A stretch of DNA of 32,564 bases from a virus (lineage: Duplodnaviria > Caudoviricetes): IMG/VR virus record IMGVR_UViG_3300020392_000044, positions 1 to 32,564 of that record; one strand, 5' to 3'. Under the pieces are notes generated by a model. The model was not told where the DNA came from. It ran no database searches and saw nothing but the letters and a program-made list of their open reading frames with translations. This document shows, in pieces, positions 29,901-32,564 of this stretch; the first letter of the stretch is position 1, and the number at the start of each line of letters is the position of its first letter. Made by a program: the position numbers and the translations under genes.

Positions 29901-30839
29901 GGTAACTGGGTAGGACCATCAAGTGGATTAAAAGGTGAAGTAGGACCTACAGGACCTCAAGGGCCACAAGGCCAAAAAGGTGCTCAAGGGGCTCAAGGGC
30001 CACAAGGCGATACTGGACCACAAGGACCACAAGGCGATACTGGACCACAAGGACCGCAAGGTGCTCAAGGTGATAAAGGTGCCACAGGTGATAAAGGTGC
30101 CACAGGTGCCCAGGGACCACAAGGTGCTCAGGGTGATGGCGGTGCTACTGGACCACAGGGACAAAAAGGAGCCACTGGTGCTCAAGGTTCTCAAGGTGGT
30201 ACTGGACCAACAGGCCCAGGTGGTGGAACTGGACCTCAGGGACAAAAAGGAGCCACTGGTGCTCAAGGTCCACAGGGTGCTACAGGTCCAACAGGACCTT
30301 CAGGTAATCCATTCCCAGGTGGTACATTCTCAGGAGATATAACTGTAAGAAACGTTATAGCAACTGGACCTTCAGGAACTTATGATATAGGTTCAAGTAG
30401 TGTTAAGTTTGGGGCAATGTATGCCACTACCTTTAATGGTACAGCAACAGCGGCCCAATATGCTGACTTGGCTGAGAGATATGCTTCAGAAGAAGTATTA
30501 GAGCCAGGAACAGTTGTATGCTTTGGTGGTAACAAAGAAGTGGTAGCATGTGAAGAAGAAAATCATCATGCAGTAGCAGGAGTTGTTTCTACAAATCCAG
30601 CACACTTAATGAACTCAGAAGCAGGTAACGACGACAGTCATCCAGCAATAGCATTAGCAGGTAGAGTACCTGTTAAAGTTGTTGGTCCAATTGAAAAAGG
30701 CGACTTACTAGTAAGTGCTAAAGAAAAAGGACATGCAAAAGCAGACAACGATGCTAAAGCAGGTAGAATACTTGGTAAAGCAATGGAAAGTACTGATGCA
30801 GGAGAACATGTTATTGAAGCATTAATTAACTTGATGTAA
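26946..30839 (+). CDS. Fibre/structural protein 2 with Mtd-N-like N-terminus and collagen-like segment
   Basis: IQRRRGT...GEITIDT...[11 protein letters not shown]-terminus; SEGSNLYxTNARA repeats; 43 Gly-X-Y triplets; QYADLAERY...GRVPVKV C-terminus. Confidence 0.8.
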   Translation: MAFAIQRRRGTATEHNSFTGLVGEITIDTTNNTIRVHDGSTAGGHRLAKFSEVNTQENIEDVVGSLLTAGAGISLSYDDAGGTLTITNTTSAGDIESVTAGNGLSGGGTSGAVTLALDLNELSAAAVSVANDSIVIIDADDSNGSKKESIADLASGMAGTNLTASSGTLGIADSVIRGKISASGDLSYNSSTGVISFTNDAGDIEGVTAGDGLSGGGSSGTVSLALDLNELTGATADVSADSIAFIDATDNSSKKESIADFVSAMAGTGISASAGQLSLTDTGVITGVTAGSGISGGGTSGTVTINIDHENIGGNLIPSANNTYQLGSVTKVWKDVFVGPGSLYVNGQQVISDNSGTITVSADDNQNVSILTGGTGDIELTAGGDIQLKTDVVLTANKTITSSGGIKIASNINANSNNINNLDNPVAAQDAATKAYVDAQLATKDALSELSGDSDDVSEGSTNLYFTNARADARVNAVLPNTGSLSEGSNLYFTNARADARVDAKLASDVTIGGNLTVSGSQTVVNSTTTETVDNIFRVNSDGTSQDAGFEANIAGTIKSVLYDVSESEWTFGSENVKATSFEGALTGAVTGTVSSIANHDTGDLSEGSNLYYTNARADARIANAIKDEDNMASNSATHVPSQQSVKAFVEAQVATHDNTDEMTEGSTNLYFTNARARSAVSGSDAGGDGSFAYNSSTGVFTYTGPSAAETRAHFSGGTGINISSGTISTDDSGIDHDALNNFVANEHIDHSTVSITAGAGLTGGGTIAASRNLDVGAGTGITVNANDIAVNMSAFDTGDLSEGSNLYYTNERVDDRVATLVTDGNGVSAVYDDAAGTLTFNIQSSVAGTGLTESSGVINAVGGDGITASANSLDLDNTVVRTSGTQSIGGAKTFSSDVIMSANLTVNGTTTTINSTTVSTGDNIIVLNSDVTGTPSENAGIEIERGDSTNKQFIWNETTDRWVADAALQGAGFYADSTQIVDSSGNWVGPSSGLKGEVGPTGPQGPQGQKGAQGAQGPQGDTGPQGPQGDTGPQGPQGAQGDKGATGDKGATGAQGPQGAQGDGGATGPQGQKGATGAQGSQGGTGPTGPGGGTGPQGQKGATGAQGPQGATGPTGPSGNPFPGGTFSGDITVRNVIATGPSGTYDIGSSSVKFGAMYATTFNGTATAAQYADLAERYASEEVLEPGTVVCFGGNKEVVACEEENHHAVAGVVSTNPAHLMNSEAGNDDSHPAIALAGRVPVKVVGPIEKGDLLVSAKEKGHAKADNDAKAGRILGKAMESTDAGEHVIEALINLM
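29925..30311 (+). repeat. Collagen-like (Gly-X-Y)43 coding repeat
   Basis: GLK...GNP, 129 codons. Confidence 0.9.
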
Positions 30840-30853
30840 AGAAAACATATTTC

Positions 30854-30883
30854 AGAAAGGGTCTTTTTAGGCCCTTTCTTTTT
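30854..30883 (+). terminator. Rho-independent terminator
   Basis: AGAAAGGGTC-loop-GGCCCTTTCT followed by TTTT. Confidence 0.85.
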
Positions 30884-30894
30884 GGCCAAAATAT

Positions 30895-30902
30895 GATAAA
30901 TA
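30895..30902 (+). promoter_or_regulatory. Late promoter (GATAAATA) of the membrane protein/csgFG operon
   Basis: Motif located just after the terminator. Confidence 0.7.
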
Positions 30903-30960
30903 CTCATGTAGAGAGTAACACACATCACACTTAACACAATTATAAAATTACAAACAGAGT

Positions 30961-31263
30961 GTGCAAATGGAAGATATTTTAAAATTAATTGGTGAAGTAG
31001 GATTACCTATTGCCGGAAGTTTAGCAATGGGTTATTTTATTTTTCTTACAATTAAACAAATGATGGCTGGTGTCGTCGGTCAAGTAAAGACACTTACAAG
31101 TTTCTGTGAAGCCTTAACAACCCGTGCAAGAGTAATGAGTAACGAAATGATCAAAATTGATCTATTAGTTAGTAGTGCCTTAGAACTAAGGCCTGACATT
31201 GACAGAATTGCAAGAGCAGAAAACTTTGTCGAAGATGGCAAAGTAGATAGTAGGAGAGATTAA
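30961..31263 (+). CDS. Small single-TM membrane protein
   Basis: IGEVGLPIAGSLAMGYFIFLTI forms a TM segment. The start may be the ATG at 30967. Confidence 0.7.
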   Translation: MQMEDILKLIGEVGLPIAGSLAMGYFIFLTIKQMMAGVVGQVKTLTSFCEALTTRARVMSNEMIKIDLLVSSALELRPDIDRIARAENFVEDGKVDSRRD

Positions 31264-31571
31264 TGGATGTAGCAGGATTAATTAACGATTACGGATTTCC
31301 TATAGTAGCAGTAGTTGGCTTAGGCTATTTTATTTACTATGTGTGGAACTTCATGAACAAAGAAATCAAACCAGCACTCGGAGATATGCACATGGCACTA
31401 ATAAGATGTATTGATCAAATGCGTATGCTAGATCAAGATCAAATTAGGTTACAACAGAAGGTAAATGTTGTTTTAGAATATAGAGCAACGCAACAACTTT
31501 TAGCAGATGCTAAAGAAAAAGAAGCATTGAAAAAAGTAGAAGAACAGGAAAAAGCAAATGAGAGAAAATAA
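31263..31571 (+). CDS. Small single-TM membrane protein, paralog of the upstream gene
   Basis: INDYGFPIVAVVGLGYFIYYVW TM segment followed by a coiled coil; TAATG-coupled. Confidence 0.7.
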   Translation: MDVAGLINDYGFPIVAVVGLGYFIYYVWNFMNKEIKPALGDMHMALIRCIDQMRMLDQDQIRLQQKVNVVLEYRATQQLLADAKEKEALKKVEEQEKANERK

Positions 31572-32085
31572 AATTAACAATAGATTATCTAATTTAGTAT
31601 TAGGCACTCTTTTTATTATGGTGTGTTTTTTATTTGTAGGTAACGTTTCTGCAGATGAAATCAAACACAAATTTAAAAATCCTTCTTTTAGTGGAATAGG
31701 AACTGGTGCTCATTATTTAACGATTGAGAATCAAGAAAAAAGTCGAAGAGACAAAATTAAAGATGACATTGAAGCGGCTCTTAGAGCGGCAGAAAGAGCA
31801 GACCAAAATAGCACAATTAATAAATTTATTAGAAATTTAGAAAGTAGAATTTACTCGCAAATTTCTAAAGGATTAGTTGATAGCATGTTTTGTGATCCTG
31901 CAACAGTAGTAGAATGTACTGGAGCAACTAGTGGTTCGTTTAGTATAGAAGGTAATACAGTTTCATATGTAGTTACAACAAATGCTGACGGACTGGAAGT
32001 AATTGTTATGACTATTGTTGACCCAGATGGAACCATTACAACTATTGAAATACCTATAGGGATAGGACAAATATCGGGCGGATAA
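31558..32085 (+). CDS. csgF: Curli assembly protein CsgF-like
   Basis: Signal peptide ending VSA, then DEIKHKFKNPSFSG (cf. CsgF FxNPxFGG), NKFIRNLESRIYSQ and DPDGTITTIEIP. Confidence 0.75.
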   Translation: MRENKINNRLSNLVLGTLFIMVCFLFVGNVSADEIKHKFKNPSFSGIGTGAHYLTIENQEKSRRDKIKDDIEAALRAAERADQNSTINKFIRNLESRIYSQISKGLVDSMFCDPATVVECTGATSGSFSIEGNTVSYVVTTNADGLEVIVMTIVDPDGTITTIEIPIGIGQISGG

Positions 32086-32086
32086 A

Positions 32087-32564
32087 TTGTATAAAAAATT
32101 ATTAATAGCATTAGTCGGTGTGTTGTATTTAAGTGGATGTGCCAGCATTGCAATACCAGGCGATCAGGCATGCGAAACAGATTTTTTAGAATGTGTTGAA
32201 GAACCCAAAAAAATAGAATTACCCACGTATAGAAAATTAAGATATTTGCCACCGGCAGAGAATATGCCTGTGGTTGCTATATATACATTTGGAGATGGAA
32301 CAGGACAAAGAAAAAGTCAAGACGGCGTAGCAAGTTTTAGTACAGCAGTTACGCAAGACGCAAAAAGTTTATTAGTAGACGCTCTAAAGGCGGCAGGTTC
32401 AGGTAGTGATGCCAAAGGAACTTGGTTTAGAGTAGTTGAAAGAGGACTAGGTTTAGATAACTTAGTTAGAGAAAGACAAATAGTTCGAAGTACTAGGTCT
32501 GAACAAGCCAAACAGGCTGGTTTGGATGAGTTCCAAGAACTACAGCCAATGTTATTTGCTGGAA
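32087..32564 (+). CDS. csgG: Curli secretion pore CsgG-like lipoprotein (partial, runs off the right edge)
   Basis: TTG start; MYKKLLIALVGVLYLSGC lipobox; VAIYTFGDGTGQRK, SFSTAVTQ and WFRVVERGLGLDNLVRERQIVR. Not in the ORF track. Confidence 0.85.
   Translation, partial: MYKKLLIALVGVLYLSGCASIAIPGDQACETDFLECVEEPKKIELPTYRKLRYLPPAENMPVVAIYTFGDGTGQRKSQDGVASFSTAVTQDAKSLLVDALKAAGSGSDAKGTWFRVVERGLGLDNLVRERQIVRSTRSEQAKQAGLDEFQELQPMLFAG

Noticed and set aside
24803-30480. Diversity-generating retroelement TR/VR pair between the fibre genes
   Set aside because: Differences are mostly synonymous and not adenine-specific, both copies are coding, and there is no reverse transcriptase in the window.
185-32511. 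Numerous antisense and alternate-frame ORFs in the track (e.g. 19505..20095, 24726..25205, 29980..30342)
   Set aside because: Shadows of real genes arising from codon bias and collagen repeats.
70-32564. Stop-codon reassignment (alternative genetic code)
   Set aside because: Core genes are full length in code 11, and TAG serves as a real stop for gp46, gp21 and the tape measure gene.

Overview
This AT-rich 32.6 kb window is part of a large T4-related (myovirus-type) phage genome, probably aquatic. In order it holds: minus-strand baseplate/tail genes; a sigma70-promoted gp55 (late sigma)-gp47-gp46 operon followed by a SAM methyltransferase and a small GIY-YIG nuclease; a ~480 nt highly structured non-coding region; a degenerate HsaA-like flavin monooxygenase; a gp26-like gene extended into a gp51-like domain by a likely -1 frameshift; tape measure; the head module (portal gp20, core proteins, protease gp21, scaffold gp22, capsid gp23); two collagen-containing fibre genes flanking a ferritin-like diiron oxygenase; two small membrane proteins; and a curli-secretion csgF-csgG pair that runs off the right end. 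A GATAAATA late-promoter motif precedes most structural operons. The leading candidates for something undescribed are the structured element next to the GIY-YIG gene (RNA-like stems plus sheared-GA/GAA-triloop DNA-type hairpins), the unannotated frameshift ORF, and the two fibres with exactly 43 Gly-X-Y triplets each. All family calls come from motif recognition by eye; no database searches were run.
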